64,000 bases of DNA from an uncultured Methanoregulaceae archaeon (GCA_963737635.1 CAVTTL010000001.1:2304001-2368000), one strand, 5' to 3'. Positions 1 to 12,376 are shown, numbered from the stretch's first letter. The notes: a model not told the origin generated them from the sequence alone. Numbers and translations: made by a program.

Positions 1-698
1 AATCCTTTGTAATTTTCGCTCCCTTCATGCCCGCTGTAAACAACCGTGGTATTCCTGTCTATGGTGAATTCAAATCGGTCAAAAGTACGTCCGTGAATAG
101 TTACACTTGTCTCATTCACCGGATAGGATACGTTATTTGGGATCGGGTCTCCCATCTGCATGGCACTACCTTCTCTTACTGCAATCACCGAAAAATCGGG
201 AGTGCCAGGTACTTCGAATACATTTTCTGCGGTGACAGGTCCGTTAATCTGTCGCAAACGAGTGCGGACATTTTGTTGTTGACCGCCAAGTATTACCGCA
301 TAGTTCCAGATCCAAAAAGATCCTCCGTTCCCAAGCGGTTGCGCACCGTCAGCGAGTGTAAAATTTGTCAGTACACAGTCCCCCTGCAGTCCCCCGCTTA
401 GAATAACCATGCTGTCCGACGCTTCCCAATTCTTGGGGATATTGAGCGTATAGAGCATATTGCTGTCCTTGATTGATTTCATCTCAGGTAAAGCAGCGAC
501 TACAGGAGAAGGTGTTGCAGCTACAGTCGCAGTGGAAGATTCTGTGGCAGGTGTGCTGGCAGTAATTGGTTGAACTGTCGGTGTAACAACCGGTACACCA
601 CTCTGATTTGTGGATACGCACTCTGTGCCAATTGCGGCACCAACTGTTAGCACGAGGAAAATGATAATCCATCCGCGTTTTATTGTGGCGTCAGTCAT
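1..698 (-). CDS. Secreted/membrane-anchored protein with Thr/Pro/Ser-rich linker (runs off window start)
   Basis: Not in ORF track because it has no stop in the window. Manual translation from ATG 698: MTDATIKRGWIIIFLVLTVGAAIGTECVSTNQSGVPVVTPTVQPITASTPATESSTATVAATPSP..., open to position 1. Confidence 0.7.
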   Translation of the reverse strand, partial: MTDATIKRGWIIIFLVLTVGAAIGTECVSTNQSGVPVVTPTVQPITASTPATESSTATVAATPSPVVAALPEMKSIKDSNMLYTLNIPKNWEASDSMVILSGGLQGDCVLTNFTLADGAQPLGNGGSFWIWNYAVILGGQQQNVRTRLRQINGPVTAENVFEVPGTPDFSVIAVREGSAMQMGDPIPNNVSYPVNETSVTIHGRTFDRFEFTIDRNTTVVYSGHEGSENYKG

Positions 699-886
699 TT
701 CACCAGAACCGCGAACTTCTCTGAATCACCCTGTTCTCAGGTAGCCCGATATTCATTACTGTGCTTATGATTTCGATCAGTTTGATAAACATTATTATTC
801 TGACACGGGGAGATACCAAGCCGGCGTGCCGGATACTATCCGAAATGATAGCCAATCTTGCATCAGAAGATTTTTGCCCGCTGTTT

Positions 887-2562
887 TCATTCGTAAAAAA
901 CCGGTACGTCCTTGAACGTGACACTATCAAAGAGCCCGTGATCGGTGATCCTCAGCGCCGGAATAACGGAAAGGGCAAGGAACGAGAGATACATGAACGG
1001 ATCAGCAATGCCTCCCATTCCCGTTGTCTCTTCCCTGAGCGAATCGAGCATTGATTCAACTTTGTGAGCCGAAAGCGTGGACATGAGTCCGGCACAGTCA
1101 AGCGGAAGCACCGTAACCTCCTGCCCATGTATCGCGGTCATGGCACCGCCTGCCCGGATCACGGTATCGATCGCGGCCAAGATCGTCTCATCCTCCACTC
1201 CGGTTGCAATGATGTTGTGCGTGTCGTGGGAGACGCTTGCGGCGATCGCACCCTCCTTGAAGCCAAACCCATGAACAATCCCGGTACCGACCAGCCCCCG
1301 CCCGTACCGGTTGCAGATCACGACCTTGAGGAGATCACGCTTTATGTCGGGAATGGTATCCGCCTCGATGTCAAAGGAGAGTGATTCGGTGATGATCTGG
1401 CCGGGTACAAGCCCGATGACCCGCGCCCGCCCGTGGCCGGAAAGCGCGATCTGTTCCCGGGAGGGTATGGTGCACCGGACTACAGGCAACGGAACGGGGA
1501 CTGCAGGCTGGCATACATATTCCGTTACCGGCCTCCCACAGGAGAATGTCTCTTTTACGGCAAATGTACGGGGGTTGTCGACGATACAAAAATCTGCCCG
1601 CCTGCCCGGTGCAAGTGCCCCGCGATCAGTAAGCCCAAAACGTTCCGCTGCCGAAAGGGTTGCCATCCGGATTGCGAGTTCGGATTCAAGGCCGCAGTTT
1701 ACCGCTTTTCTAATGCACCGGTCAATGTGACCCTCCCGGACGAGCAGATCAGCATGGCAGTCATCGGTCGAAAAACTGCACCGGGACACATTATATGGTG
1801 TGATCATGGGCGCGAGCGCGGTGATATTCTGCTCAGTCGATCCCTCCCGGACAAAGATATACATCCCGCGCCGGATCTTCTCTTCTGCCTCTTCTACCGT
1901 GGTGCACTCGTGATCGCTGTCAGGGCCGGCAAGGACATATGCGTTTAGATCCATGCCGGACAGGAGCGGCGCATGGCCGTCACGGATGGTGGTAAGCGAA
2001 AGTTTCTCCAGAATTTCTCTATCCCCGGCAAGTACCCCCGGCACATTCATCATCTCGCCGAGCCCGATGACCCCGTCCCGGCCAACGAAGCCGGAAAGTG
2101 ACCTGGCATCGAGCACGGCTCCCCCGGTATCTCTGGGGGTCGACCGGCACACAGGATGGCAGCATGTACAGGATGTCCACCGGCGCACCGGCCCGGGCCG
2201 CCAGCATGAAGTCAATGCCTTTTGCCCCGGCAACGTTTGCAATCTCGTGGGGATCAGCGATCACCGTCGTGGTTCCATGGGAAGATACAAGCCGGGCATA
2301 TTCCTGCGGAACAAGCAGCGAACTTTCGACATGGACATGCGCGTCGATAAGACCGGGAACAAGATATGCCCCGGAGAGACTCCTTCTCGCGGATACCCCG
2401 GTACGAACGATCTATCCCTACGATAATCCCGTATTTTATCGCAATATCGCTCCGTTCCCATGCGCAGGTGAACGCATCGAAAATCTCAGCGTTCCGGTAA
2501 ACGACATCCGCCGGCTCAATGCCGCGTGCCGCCCGGATAAGGTCTGAAGAGGGACGTACCAT
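887..2562 (-). CDS. ade: Adenine deaminase (split by two frameshifts near 2300 and 2135)
   Basis: Pieces give DPHEIANVAG, LGEMMNVPGV, DGHAP, DSDHEC, TDDCH, SVSHDTHN and LSFLALSVIP, typical of the Ade amidohydrolase. Confidence 0.9.
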
Positions 2563-2567
2563 TCACG

Positions 2568-2918
2568 TCACACCGTAATGTCCCGGATAACGGCCGTCTC
2601 TCGTTCACCGTTTTCGGTGAGATAAATATATATTTTGTAATTACCCGGCGCAAGCTGTAATGGTATCGTGACCGTGTTCTGGGCTCCGGTTAGCGTGACG
2701 GTAGTCCCGGTGGTCAGAAGTTCGTGCTGTTCGAATTGATCCAGCGTAAAGACCCGTACCTGAACGCCAACGTTAAGAGGAGTTCCGGGACCTGCGACCC
2801 CCACAGTCAGGTTGCCGTTCCCATATGCGACATTCCCGATCGAGAGGGACGTACAGCCGGCAGTCACAAGAAGCAGCCCCAGTAAAAGACCAAAAAGAAG
2901 GCACCAGCGTCCGGTCAT
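2568..2918 (-). CDS. Small lipoprotein with Ig-like beta domain
   Basis: Hydrophobic signal ending in lipobox VTAGC, followed by a beta-rich body (LAPGNYKIYIYL). Confidence 0.7.
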   Translation of the reverse strand: MTGRWCLLFGLLLGLLLVTAGCTSLSIGNVAYGNGNLTVGVAGPGTPLNVGVQVRVFTLDQFEQHELLTTGTTVTLTGAQNTVTIPLQLAPGNYKIYIYLTENGERETAVIRDITV

Positions 2919-3219
2919 AGTTCTGTTGTCAGACTGTATCCATAAAAACCTATACCTGAACCTGAAAAATTCATCCGATCTGAATGGCTGAAGACGTCCC
3001 GGATCGTAAACGCGATTGCAGAGTATGTACAGGAAATTTCCTCGGCCACTGCAGAGATTTATTTATTGTGCGCCGGTAGAAACCTATTTCCTCTTTCGCA
3101 AAAAACTGAATAACGTGTCAATGAGACGGAAATAACGAATAAAATCGGTAGTCAGTCGATGATTTTAAAAGCAAAGGTTATTAAATAAGACCTTTATAAA
3201 AATTCTGTCAGGTGATATC

Positions 3220-4117
3220 ATTACAACCATCACGTTCTGCCATCATAAAGGCGGAACAGGAAAAACTACGTCCTGCCTGAATATTGCCGGATTCTGTTCT
3301 CTAGCAGGAAAAAAAGTGCTGGTGGTTGACTGCGATCCCCAAGCCAATGCGACAGCAGGTTTGGGGCTCAGCCCGGAAATCGGCCCGGAAAAACATGTAT
3401 GACATCTTCATGAGCCGTATTGACGGTTTTCCCCAGATAAAAATGACCGATATCATCTGTTCCACAGAATCCGGAATCGATCTTGCCCCGGCAAACCTTG
3501 ATCTTGTCGGTGCAGAACCGTACCTTTATGGCATTGCTTCACGTGCGGAAGTGCTCCGGGATGCACTGCTTCCCATCAAGCAGAACTATGATCTGATCCT
3601 TATCGATACGCCCCCAAGTATGGGGCAGTTTGTGATAAACGGCCTTGTTGCTGCAGATCATATCATTGTTACCCTTGATTCCGGATCATTTGCTCTCAAT
3701 GGCATAGGCCCGCTGTTTATTATTTTTGAGGACATAAAAGAGGATCTGGGGAAAAAAATCAACGTAGACATGGCAATCATCTCGCGCTGGGGCGAGGCCG
3801 GGGAAACGTGCGGCCCGGAACAGCAGGAGCAGCCAAAAGGCGATCTGATCAGCAGGTTTTTGTCGCTCTTTACCCAGCGTCATGAGCCTACCGAAGAAGA
3901 GACAATTGCCCAGAAAGAACGAGAAAGAGAGCATGAACGCCTGACCGGAATGCTCGCAGAAATCGGGAAAACGTTTCCCGATGTGCACACTGTGCCTTAT
4001 TCTCCCGAGATATACGAGGCCCAGAAACGTGGCATGCCCATCTCACATATCGCTCCCAAAAGCAGCGCCGGGAGCGCGTACAGGATGATTGCAGACGAGG
4101 TTATGAAATGGACTTAA
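3220..4117 (+). CDS. ParA/MinD-family ATPase, chemotaxis-associated (frameshift near 3390, start codon uncertain)
   Basis: Deviant Walker A KGGTGKTT and VVDCDPQANAT are in the frame starting at 3220. LIDTPP and EAQKRGMPI are in ORF 3326..4117. Confidence 0.85.
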
Positions 4118-6100
4118 CAACACTGGAACAGACCGTAAAGAAAGCCGCAGATGGGGACCTGAAGATCCGCATCGATGAAAATCATGCGGAGATAGAGATC
4201 AAGCCGCTGGTACAACAGATAAACCGGCTTATTGCAAAAGCCGCAGATACGGCAGAGAAGAAGCAGCGTGCTGATACCATGATCAAGTTCAACCCGCTCG
4301 CAATCGCTATCCTGAAAAAAGACCGGACCATCGTCAATATCAATAAAAAATATGAATCGCTCTGGCGCGGAACCCGCGAAGAGCTGATGAAAAAGAGGTT
4401 GTATGATTTTGATATCACCGTCGTTGCCGGGGATCATCTCTACGCCTGTTTTGAAACGAGAAAACTTTCGGTAAGTGAGTGCAGGGTGAAATTTGCTGAC
4501 GGCACACAGAAATACCTGACCCTTCAGGCAATGCCGATGCTCGATGCGGTCGGGGAGGTTGATGGGGCGTTCTATTTCTGGATCGATACGACCGAGCTCC
4601 ACGATAAAATTGCGGAATCTGAAAAGATCAAACAACGGGCAGATCGTATTATCGAAGAGAACCCGTACGCATTGTTTACTATCGATACAAGCCTTGCCGT
4701 TCGCTCCGCAAACAATGCATTCCTGAAACTCACCGGGTATTCCCGCGACGAGGCTGCTCGTCTTTCGATGAAAGATTTCCGGTACAAGAAAAACAAAGGT
4801 GCTAGTGTTGAGGCGACAATATCATCCAAGCAGCGTGGGCACGGTGAATCGGTTATTGAGTTCCCCGCAGGTACACTGATACTTGACTGGTATTATATCC
4901 CACTTCTCGATGGGTCCGGGACAGTTGAGAGCCTGCTTGTGGTATACAACGATATTACCGAACGGCGCCGGCAGGAGCATGAGATTCAAGATCTCATGGA
5001 GGACTCCAAGAAGAAAGCGCAGGCGCTTTCCGAAAGCGCTGTCGTGCTCGAGAGTGGGCTGTCGCGGATGGCAGAAGGGGATCTTACTTTTACCGCAGAT
5101 ATTGCAGAAAATGACCCGCTCGTTTCCTTAAAGAAAGATTACAACAAGGCAATTCTTTCCATAAAAGCGGTGATCGAGGAGATCAGTAAAGCCGCGCAGC
5201 AGCTCGATCTCACCACTGCCGAGACAGGCAGGAGCACCCACGAGATCTCCAAGTCCACAGAACAGGTTGCCATATCAACCCAGGAATCTGCGGAGGGAGC
5301 TGAAAAAACAGCTGACCGAGATCGAGAAGGTCAGCAGCGACGTTTCGGATCTCTCTGCATCCATAGAAGAGATCGCAAGCACCACCCATGATCTTATGAC
5401 GCATGCCCAGAAGGCGGCAAGCGAAGGCAACCAGGCCGCAGAGCTGGGCAAGGTAGCAACGGCAAAGATGAAGACCGTGGAGAAAATCTCGGGAGAAAGC
5501 GTCGCGGAGATCACGGCACTTAACGACCGCATGAAAGAGATCTCCAACATTGTCAAGCTGATTGCCGACATCTCAAGCCAGACCAACTTACTTGCCTTAA
5601 ATGCCGCGATCGAAGCGGCCCGGGCAGGCGAACATGGGCGGGGATTTGCCGTTGTTGCAGGAGAAGTGCGCAACCTTGCCGGGGAATCCAAGAGCGCTAC
5701 GAATAATATCGAGACACTTATCGGTTCTATCCAGAACAACAGCGAAAAGACTGCTGCAGCCATCAAAAATTCCTATCTGGAAATCCAGACCGGTATCGAG
5801 AGCGTAAACCAGACCATCGAAGTGCTCAACCGGATCATATCCGAGGCCGACGTTGTCTCCCAAGGAGTGACCGAGATTACTAAGGCTACCGAGGCCCAGG
5901 CCGAAGCGACAAACCGCGTGATGCAAGGTGTGGAACAGACTAATACCCTCTCCCATGAGACCCAGCAGCGCATGGAAGATATGGCAGCACTTGCTGAGGA
6001 GACAAGCGCGTCCACCCAGGAGATTGCAAGCGCGTCGGCCGAACTCTCCCAGATGGCCGAACGCCTTAAGGCTGCGACGAACAAGTTTAAGATACGGTGA
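4108..6100 (+). CDS. Cytoplasmic methyl-accepting chemotaxis protein with 2 PAS domains (frameshift in A-run near 5305)
   Basis: HAMP-like/PAS-PAS N-part (4108..5391) plus signalling hairpin [27 protein letters not shown] (5267..6100). No TM segment. Confidence 0.9.
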
Positions 6101-6103
6101 ACT

Positions 6104-6616
6104 ATGGCCGGGACAATCGATGTAGTAGAGTTCGAGCTGGGTGGAGAGCGGTATGCTCTGGATATCAATCTCGCACGCGAAATCGTGGAGATGATACCGA
6201 TTACTCCCATACCCCGGGCACCGCCATTTATCTCCGGCGTTATCAATCTCCGGGGAGAGATCACAAACATCATGAATCTTAATACGCTTCTTGGCCTTCC
6301 CGACAAGGAAGTAAGGGAGAACCAGAAGATCATTGTCCTTGTCCCTGATGCGGCAAAAGGGAATAATGTCGGGATAATCGTTGACGATGTCTCCAGTGTC
6401 CGCCAGGTGCCTGAGTCCGACATTGAGCATATCGGTGTGGGAATTTCGTCAGAGTTCTCCCAGTTTGTGAAGGGCATTATTAAGGTTTCAGGGGATGATG
6501 CTGAAAAGAAGAAAAAAGATCTCATCATCTGGCTTGACATGGAAAAAGTAATTCTGGATCTGGGCAACCGGTCCAAAAACAGCCCGGGTGCAGGCATTGT
6601 GCGCGAATCCGATTAA
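6104..6616 (+). CDS. cheW: Chemotaxis coupling protein CheW
   Basis: VVEFELGGERYAL, ITPIPRAPPFISGVINLRGEI, VGIIVDDV. Confidence 0.95.
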   Translation: MAGTIDVVEFELGGERYALDINLAREIVEMIPITPIPRAPPFISGVINLRGEITNIMNLNTLLGLPDKEVRENQKIIVLVPDAAKGNNVGIIVDDVSSVRQVPESDIEHIGVGISSEFSQFVKGIIKVSGDDAEKKKKDLIIWLDMEKVILDLGNRSKNSPGAGIVRESD

Positions 6617-6633
6617 ATTTTTGATGAAAAGGA

Positions 6634-9555
6634 ATGGGAAGTGAGAACGGTATGACTGAACAACGACCGGGACGGAAAGCCTTGTTTATTGGAGCACCGG
6701 CGCCGGAAGGGCGGGGTTCTCCCGATGAGATTGCAGAGCATGTGCGGGAATTGAACGAGGAACTTGCCCTTGCGCTCAAAGGGGCCGCTGCTAAAAAAGC
6801 GGTAAAGCCTCTTGAAGCATCGCATTTCGGAAAAGAGTATACAACCCTGGTGGACGCAGTCAATACTTCTTTAGCGCATATGGCGATGGCGAAACCTGAG
6901 ACCCCGACGCCGGCGGGAGAGCCTCAGGAAGTCCTCGAAGTATGCCTTAATAAAATAGATGTACTTGAACGACGGCTCGAGTTCATGGAGAAGAACAACC
7001 CGGTACCTATGCTCATTGCCACGCCGTCCCTGGACATTACAGAAGTTAACGCTGCGTACGTTGGAATGACCGGGATCCCTCATGACAAAATCGTCAAGAC
7101 AAATATCCATGATTTTTCCGTCACCAGCCGGTCCGGTGACGATGCCAGCGTCGCTGTCGAGAAGAAACGGCGTGCGGTAGGCGAACTCACAGTTACGTTC
7201 CCTTCAGGTATGCATACCTTGGAGCAGTATTGCATCCCGGTCCTTGACAAGACAGGAGAAGTAACGTCACTGATCGTGCTCTATGATGATCTCACTACAA
7301 AACGTAAGAAAAACGAGGAGATCGAACGGCTTAAGGTCAGATCGGAGACGATTGTCCAGCAGAACCCCATGCCAATCGTGCTCGTGGATACCGGTTTCAA
7401 AATCCGGGTAGTAAACGAAGCATATGTCACACTCACCGGCATTGAAAAAAGCCGGTTGCTGGCTATGTCGCTGCGTGATTTTAAGATCGCTGAACAAACC
7501 GGGCAAGGCTTGAAGAACGTTATCGAGACCGGCACACGTTCTGCTGGCGAAGTTGTTGTCGAGTTTCCCAAGGGCATCCGCCGTCTCCGACAGTACGGCA
7601 TTCCCATTCCCGGTGCGAAAGGGGCAATCGAAAGTATCCTTGTAGTCTATAACGACATCACCGAAGAGAAAAAGGAGATGGATGAGGTCCTTGCGGCCCG
7701 GCGCATGTCGGAGACGATTGTCCAGCAGAACCCGATCCCAATCCTGATGGCCGATCGCTCATTTAGGATCATCACGGCAAACGCAGCGTACGAGAAAATG
7801 AGCGGATATCCGCTGGACCGGATCGCCGGGATGAACCTACGCGATATAAAAATCCGCGAACAGAAGGGCGAGGGTGCAGGTCTTGCGATCCGGGAGAAGC
7901 GCCGGGCATTCGGTGAAGTCACAGTCGAGCTCCCAAGTGGCACGCGGATTCTCGAACAGTACGTGATGCCGCTGCTTGATAGCAAAAACGAGATCGAGCA
8001 CCTTCTTCTGGTCTACAACGATGTGACCGCTCAACGTACCAACCAGCTGGATCTTGCAAAGAAGATGGAGGAGGTCGCAGCTCTTAAGAAGCGTTCCGAT
8101 GTTATCGTCATGCAGAATCCAATGCCTATCATGCTCATGGACGCATCCTTTAAGATCATTATGGCAAACCAGGCTTATACCAGCCTGACCGGCATTTCAA
8201 AAGAAAAGTTACATGGCATGAACGCTCGTGAGTTTAAGATCCTTTCCCAGACCGGAGAAGGCCTCAAAAAAGTAACTTCCGAGAAAAGCCGGAGTTTCGG
8301 GGAGATCACGATTGAGTTCCCAACCGGTATCCACATTCTCGACCAGTACGGTATCCCCATGCTGGACGCGCAGCAAAATCTCTCGACAATACTGTGCGTC
8401 TATGTCGATGTAACGGCCCGGCGCGAACAGGAAAAGAAGATCCAAGAAATGATGGAGGAGGCAAAAGCCAGTGCAGAACTGCTTTCAGCAAGTGCTGCCG
8501 AACTCCAGACCGGCCTTGCAAATATCGCAGCCGGGGATCTTACCTTCCAGCTCAGTATTGACGATGCGGATCCGCTCGTGCAGCTCAAGAAAGATTACAA
8601 TTCTTCTATCGGGTCTATCCGGGCCCTTATTACCGAACTCATGCAATCCATCCGGCGACTGGATGTGACCATTCAGGATACCATCAAGAGTACAGACGAG
8701 ATCGCCAGGGCGACCGAACAGGTGGCCATCTCATCGCAGAAAGCAACCGACAACGCGAAGGATGAGATTTCCAGCGTTGAGAAGATATCAGGAGTCATAT
8801 CCGATATTTCAGCTTCGATCGAAGAGATCGCAAGTACATCTCATGATGTCATGGCCCATGCTGAGAAAGCAGCCCATGAAGGGATCCAAGCTGCCGGTGT
8901 GGGAAAAACGGCCACAGAAAAAATGGAGGCCGTTGAAAAGATCTCCCTGCAGAGCGTCAACGAGATCACCGCGCTTAACGAGCAGATGCACCAGATCTCA
9001 AAGATTGTCAACCTAATCACCGACATCGCAAACCAGACCAACCTGCTTGCCTTAAATGCGGCGATCGAAGCGGCACGGGCTGGCGAACACGGACGCGGGT
9101 TTGCCGTTGTCGCGGGTGAGGTAAAGAATCTTGCCGGTGAATCCAAGAAGGCCAGCAACCAGATCGAGACCCTAATAAAGTCGATCCAGACTAAGAGTGA
9201 GGTGACGGCAACATCAATCCAGAACTCCTTTAAAGAGATTAAGGGGGGTATCGAGAGCGTCAACATGACGGTCGAGTTGCTCAACAGGATTATTGCTGAG
9301 GCAAATGTGGTATCAAAAGGCGTCTCCGAGATTACCAAGGCAACGGAGAGCCAGGCCCAGGCAACTTCTGGCCTGATGGCGGGTATCGAATCGGTCAGGA
9401 CGGCTACGCAGAATAACCAGCAGCGCATGGAAGATATGGCGGCGCTTGCTGAGGAAACAAGTGCATCGACTGAAGAGATCGCAAGTGCCTCGGCTGAGCT
9501 TGCGTCCATGGCAGAGCGCTGCAACGGAATGATGAAAGAGTTCCATACAGAATAG
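6634..9555 (+). CDS. Cytoplasmic methyl-accepting chemotaxis protein with 4 tandem PAS domains
   Basis: Four NP(V/M/I)P...L(E/R/D)QY..P..VYxD repeats and a C-terminal MCP hairpin. No TM segment. Confidence 0.95.
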   Translation: MGSENGMTEQRPGRKALFIGAPAPEGRGSPDEIAEHVRELNEELALALKGAAAKKAVKPLEASHFGKEYTTLVDAVNTSLAHMAMAKPETPTPAGEPQEVLEVCLNKIDVLERRLEFMEKNNPVPMLIATPSLDITEVNAAYVGMTGIPHDKIVKTNIHDFSVTSRSGDDASVAVEKKRRAVGELTVTFPSGMHTLEQYCIPVLDKTGEVTSLIVLYDDLTTKRKKNEEIERLKVRSETIVQQNPMPIVLVDTGFKIRVVNEAYVTLTGIEKSRLLAMSLRDFKIAEQTGQGLKNVIETGTRSAGEVVVEFPKGIRRLRQYGIPIPGAKGAIESILVVYNDITEEKKEMDEVLAARRMSETIVQQNPIPILMADRSFRIITANAAYEKMSGYPLDRIAGMNLRDIKIREQKGEGAGLAIREKRRAFGEVTVELPSGTRILEQYVMPLLDSKNEIEHLLLVYNDVTAQRTNQLDLAKKMEEVAALKKRSDVIVMQNPMPIMLMDASFKIIMANQAYTSLTGISKEKLHGMNAREFKILSQTGEGLKKVTSEKSRSFGEITIEFPTGIHILDQYGIPMLDAQQNLSTILCVYVDVTARREQEKKIQEMMEEAKASAELLSASAAELQTGLANIAAGDLTFQLSIDDADPLVQLKKDYNSSIGSIRALITELMQSIRRLDVTIQDTIKSTDEIARATEQVAISSQKATDNAKDEISSVEKISGVISDISASIEEIASTSHDVMAHAEKAAHEGIQAAGVGKTATEKMEAVEKISLQSVNEITALNEQMHQISKIVNLITDIANQTNLLALNAAIEAARAGEHGRGFAVVAGEVKNLAGESKKASNQIETLIKSIQTKSEVTATSIQNSFKEIKGGIESVNMTVELLNRIIAEANVVSKGVSEITKATESQAQATSGLMAGIESVRTATQNNQQRMEDMAALAEETSASTEEIASASAELASMAERCNGMMKEFHTE

Positions 9556-9622
9556 GGTCACACTTGACAAAAGAGACGGTAAACTTGTTCTACCTTTATA
9601 TCACAATGCCTCAAAGGAGAGG

Positions 9623-10441
9623 ATGTTTTTAATGACAATAGTTCACGATGATGGTTTTGCTGCCCTGAAACGGTATATCGAGCAGACCCTCAAAATCCAG
9701 TGTTCCAATTACAAGGAAGACTATATCAAAAGGCGGCTGCTTTCCCGGATGCGTTCGACCGGAACATCTTCCTATGAAGATTACCTCAAACACCTTCGCG
9801 AAAATAGCCCGGAACTGGAGAATCTGCGGAATGCACTCACGATTAATGTAACGGAATTCTTCCGGGACTCAGATGTTTATGAAAGGGTAAGAAAGGAAGT
9901 AATTCCTGCACTCTTTAAAGGCAGAAAAACGATTCGTATCTGGTGTGCTGGCTGTTCAACAGGAGAAGAACCATACTCCCTTGCCATGATCCTTTCCGAG
10001 ATCGTAGCGATGGACAAGACACTCTCCGGCCAGATCTTTGCGACCGATATCGATGAAGTCGTCCTGAAAAAAGCAAAAGAAGGAATCTACCCGGAAAAAT
10101 CGATGGCAAAACTTACTGAGGCGCAGATCCACCGACATTTCACCAAACTTCCCGACGGGACATACCAGGTAAAACCGCATCTCCAAGCACTCATCCGGTT
10201 CCGTCCTCACGATCTTATGAGTGGCCAGCCCATCTCCAAGTTCCTCGATATGATCACCTGCCGGAACGTGACCATCTATTTTACCGAAAAACAGAAAGAC
10301 GATCTCGCCCGGACGTTCCACGGGGCGCTTGTACCGGGCGGATACTATGTAATGGGCAAAACCGAATATCTCGGACGTGATGTTGAAGGGTTATTTACCC
10401 CGGTGCATTCCATCCAGAAGATCTATACAAAAAAAGATTAA
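9623..10441 (+). CDS. cheR: Chemotaxis methyltransferase CheR
   Basis: TINVTEFFRD, IWCAGCSTGEEPYS, ATDID, CRNVTIYF. Confidence 0.95.
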   Translation: MFLMTIVHDDGFAALKRYIEQTLKIQCSNYKEDYIKRRLLSRMRSTGTSSYEDYLKHLRENSPELENLRNALTINVTEFFRDSDVYERVRKEVIPALFKGRKTIRIWCAGCSTGEEPYSLAMILSEIVAMDKTLSGQIFATDIDEVVLKKAKEGIYPEKSMAKLTEAQIHRHFTKLPDGTYQVKPHLQALIRFRPHDLMSGQPISKFLDMITCRNVTIYFTEKQKDDLARTFHGALVPGGYYVMGKTEYLGRDVEGLFTPVHSIQKIYTKKD

Positions 10442-10455
10442 ACACCGTTTTAATT

Positions 10456-10725
10456 TTAATGCTTCTGGCGATCGTCAGCCCCGGTTCCGGCATTTTTCCC
10501 GATATTTTTTGTCAGCTCGGCCTGCATAGCCTTGCGTGAAGTCTGGGCTTTTATCTGGTTATAAATGGTAACAAAGTTAATGCCAACGACCACAATAACA
10601 AGCATCAGGCTAACCCAGAGCATTATGCCATTTACCGTAAGAAATGCCGCCCAAAGGAGGAGAACAAAAGAGATCAGGTAAAAAATTACCCATGTCCGCA
10701 GACCGGGAACTTCCATAACGATCAA
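10456..10725 (-). CDS. Small 2-TM membrane protein
   Basis: Two hydrophobic helices followed by a charged tail. Confidence 0.65.
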   Translation of the reverse strand: MIVMEVPGLRTWVIFYLISFVLLLWAAFLTVNGIMLWVSLMLVIVVVGINFVTIYNQIKAQTSRKAMQAELTKNIGKNAGTGADDRQKH

Positions 10726-10934
10726 TATACGTTATGGGAATACTAATGTATTTCCGCCCTCTCGAAGGTGTTGTCAGATTAGGGGAATTTTTATCGGTCT
10801 GCATGGATATATTTCTGACAACAATTTAGTGACGGGGGATCGAAAATCCTCTTCTCCTCATGGGATCCCTTTGAAGGCGGATGGCAGGTGAGGTAAAGGG
10901 ACTTCTAGTTGCGTACGCATGGGAGAGTTATCGA

Positions 10935-11306
10935 TCACCGGCGCAGCGCCCGCTCGATTACAGCCACAAGATCCTGTTCCATGCAGGGCTTGAGGATATA
11001 CCCATAAGGAGAGACGTCTATTGCCTCACCGATCCTCTTTTCTTCCGAATATGCCGTAAGAAATATGATCGGGATGTCGTGCAATCGCCGGATTTCACGC
11101 GCAGTCTGGACACCATCAAGTTTTCCACTGAGCCCGATATCCATCAGTATGACATCGGGTCGAAGACCCTTTCCAATCCTGTCGATCGCGTTCTCCCCGC
11201 TCCATTCAGGGGTCATAACCATGTACCCTACCTTCTCCAGGATTTCGGTGAGGTGCATTGCGATTAGGCCGTCATCTTCAACAACAAGAATGGATACGTT
11301 TGTCAT
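10935..11306 (-). CDS. Stand-alone response regulator receiver
   Basis: ILVVEDD, ILMDI, FLTAY, YILKP. Confidence 0.92.
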   Translation of the reverse strand: MTNVSILVVEDDGLIAMHLTEILEKVGYMVMTPEWSGENAIDRIGKGLRPDVILMDIGLSGKLDGVQTAREIRRLHDIPIIFLTAYSEEKRIGEAIDVSPYGYILKPCMEQDLVAVIERALRR

Positions 11307-11725
11307 ACTTTATCTTATCCTTCTATTTCTCTGAACAGGTGCAAGAATTCAGTCCAATATGCCCATCAACGTAGTAAGAAAGCCAAAAGAAAAAGTCAGG
11401 TGTAAGACCTCCGGTAGAATGTTCTCAATCTGGGGAGGTATTGTCAGAGGTTGCGACACAGATTTGTCATCCAGATGATGCTTTCCTGCCGGAGTGTCTC
11501 GAAAGGGAGATCAATTATTGATAAATTCGTTGGGGACAATTAATAATTGTCGGATCGAACAACGAGATATTATACAGTTCTCTATTTTCAATCTTAAAAA
11601 AATCCACAATTAAACTATCGCTTTTTCCAGTGGGAAGAACTTGATCCGCTATTACGGGCCCAAAATAGGGACTTTTTCTTTTTTAAAACGTCATTGTTTT
11701 ATAGACAATAATCCAGAAAGTACGT

Positions 11726-12376
11726 GTGGATAAAAGGGACATTTACACAATTGTTGGTGGCTTTTTGGTGATCCTACTCATTGCCATTATCGCGAATCCT
11801 GGTACTGTTTCCTCAGCACTGCCTGTGTCCCGGAGTAGCCCAACGATTCAGGAAACCACCTTTTCAACCCCTCCGCCGACGGTAACGTACACCGTGATAC
11901 CTGCGCAGACACCTCAGGTAAATATTACTCCGTCACCCCCGCCACCCCCTTATCGTATTACATACACGAATAACCCATTCAAGTATCCGGTGATTCATCT
12001 CCCCGATCATATGGAGACCTTCGGTGCATCTGATACCCCCTTACGGGAAAATGTGAGTGTGCCCTTTGCGTATCTGGAAGATTCAAGAGGCGGCCTCACC
12101 ACGATCTTTTCCGTGCCTTACGCAGTGTGGGCGTTAAATATCAGTGTTACGGCGAATAGCCGGCCCCAGTACGCAATATTCAATATGGTGCTCTGCGATG
12201 CAAAGACCGGTACTATTATCACGGGTGCTGAAATTCAGAATGGAGGTACAATGTATAAGGTAGTCCGGAGATCCGGTTCGATGTACCTCATCGTTGGTGT
12301 CAATTATGTTGACTCTTTCCGGATAACGCTGGAAACACCGTTATCTTATTATAAAAACGCGAGTTCAATGAAGTGA
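11726..12376 (+). CDS. Membrane-anchored hypothetical protein with Pro/Thr linker
   Basis: N-terminal TM, then PTVT/PPPPP linker, then beta domain. Confidence 0.75.
   Translation: MDKRDIYTIVGGFLVILLIAIIANPGTVSSALPVSRSSPTIQETTFSTPPPTVTYTVIPAQTPQVNITPSPPPPPYRITYTNNPFKYPVIHLPDHMETFGASDTPLRENVSVPFAYLEDSRGGLTTIFSVPYAVWALNISVTANSRPQYAIFNMVLCDAKTGTIITGAEIQNGGTMYKVVRRSGSMYLIVGVNYVDSFRITLETPLSYYKNASSMK

Noticed and set aside
5295-5312. Programmed frameshift producing two MCP isoforms
   Set aside because: Indistinguishable from the many other homopolymer indels in this assembly.
5275-9524. Long antisense ORFs over the MCP genes (and similar shadows over cdc48, DUF1700 and DUF1254)
   Set aside because: They are reverse-frame shadows of well-supported genes, with no motifs of their own.
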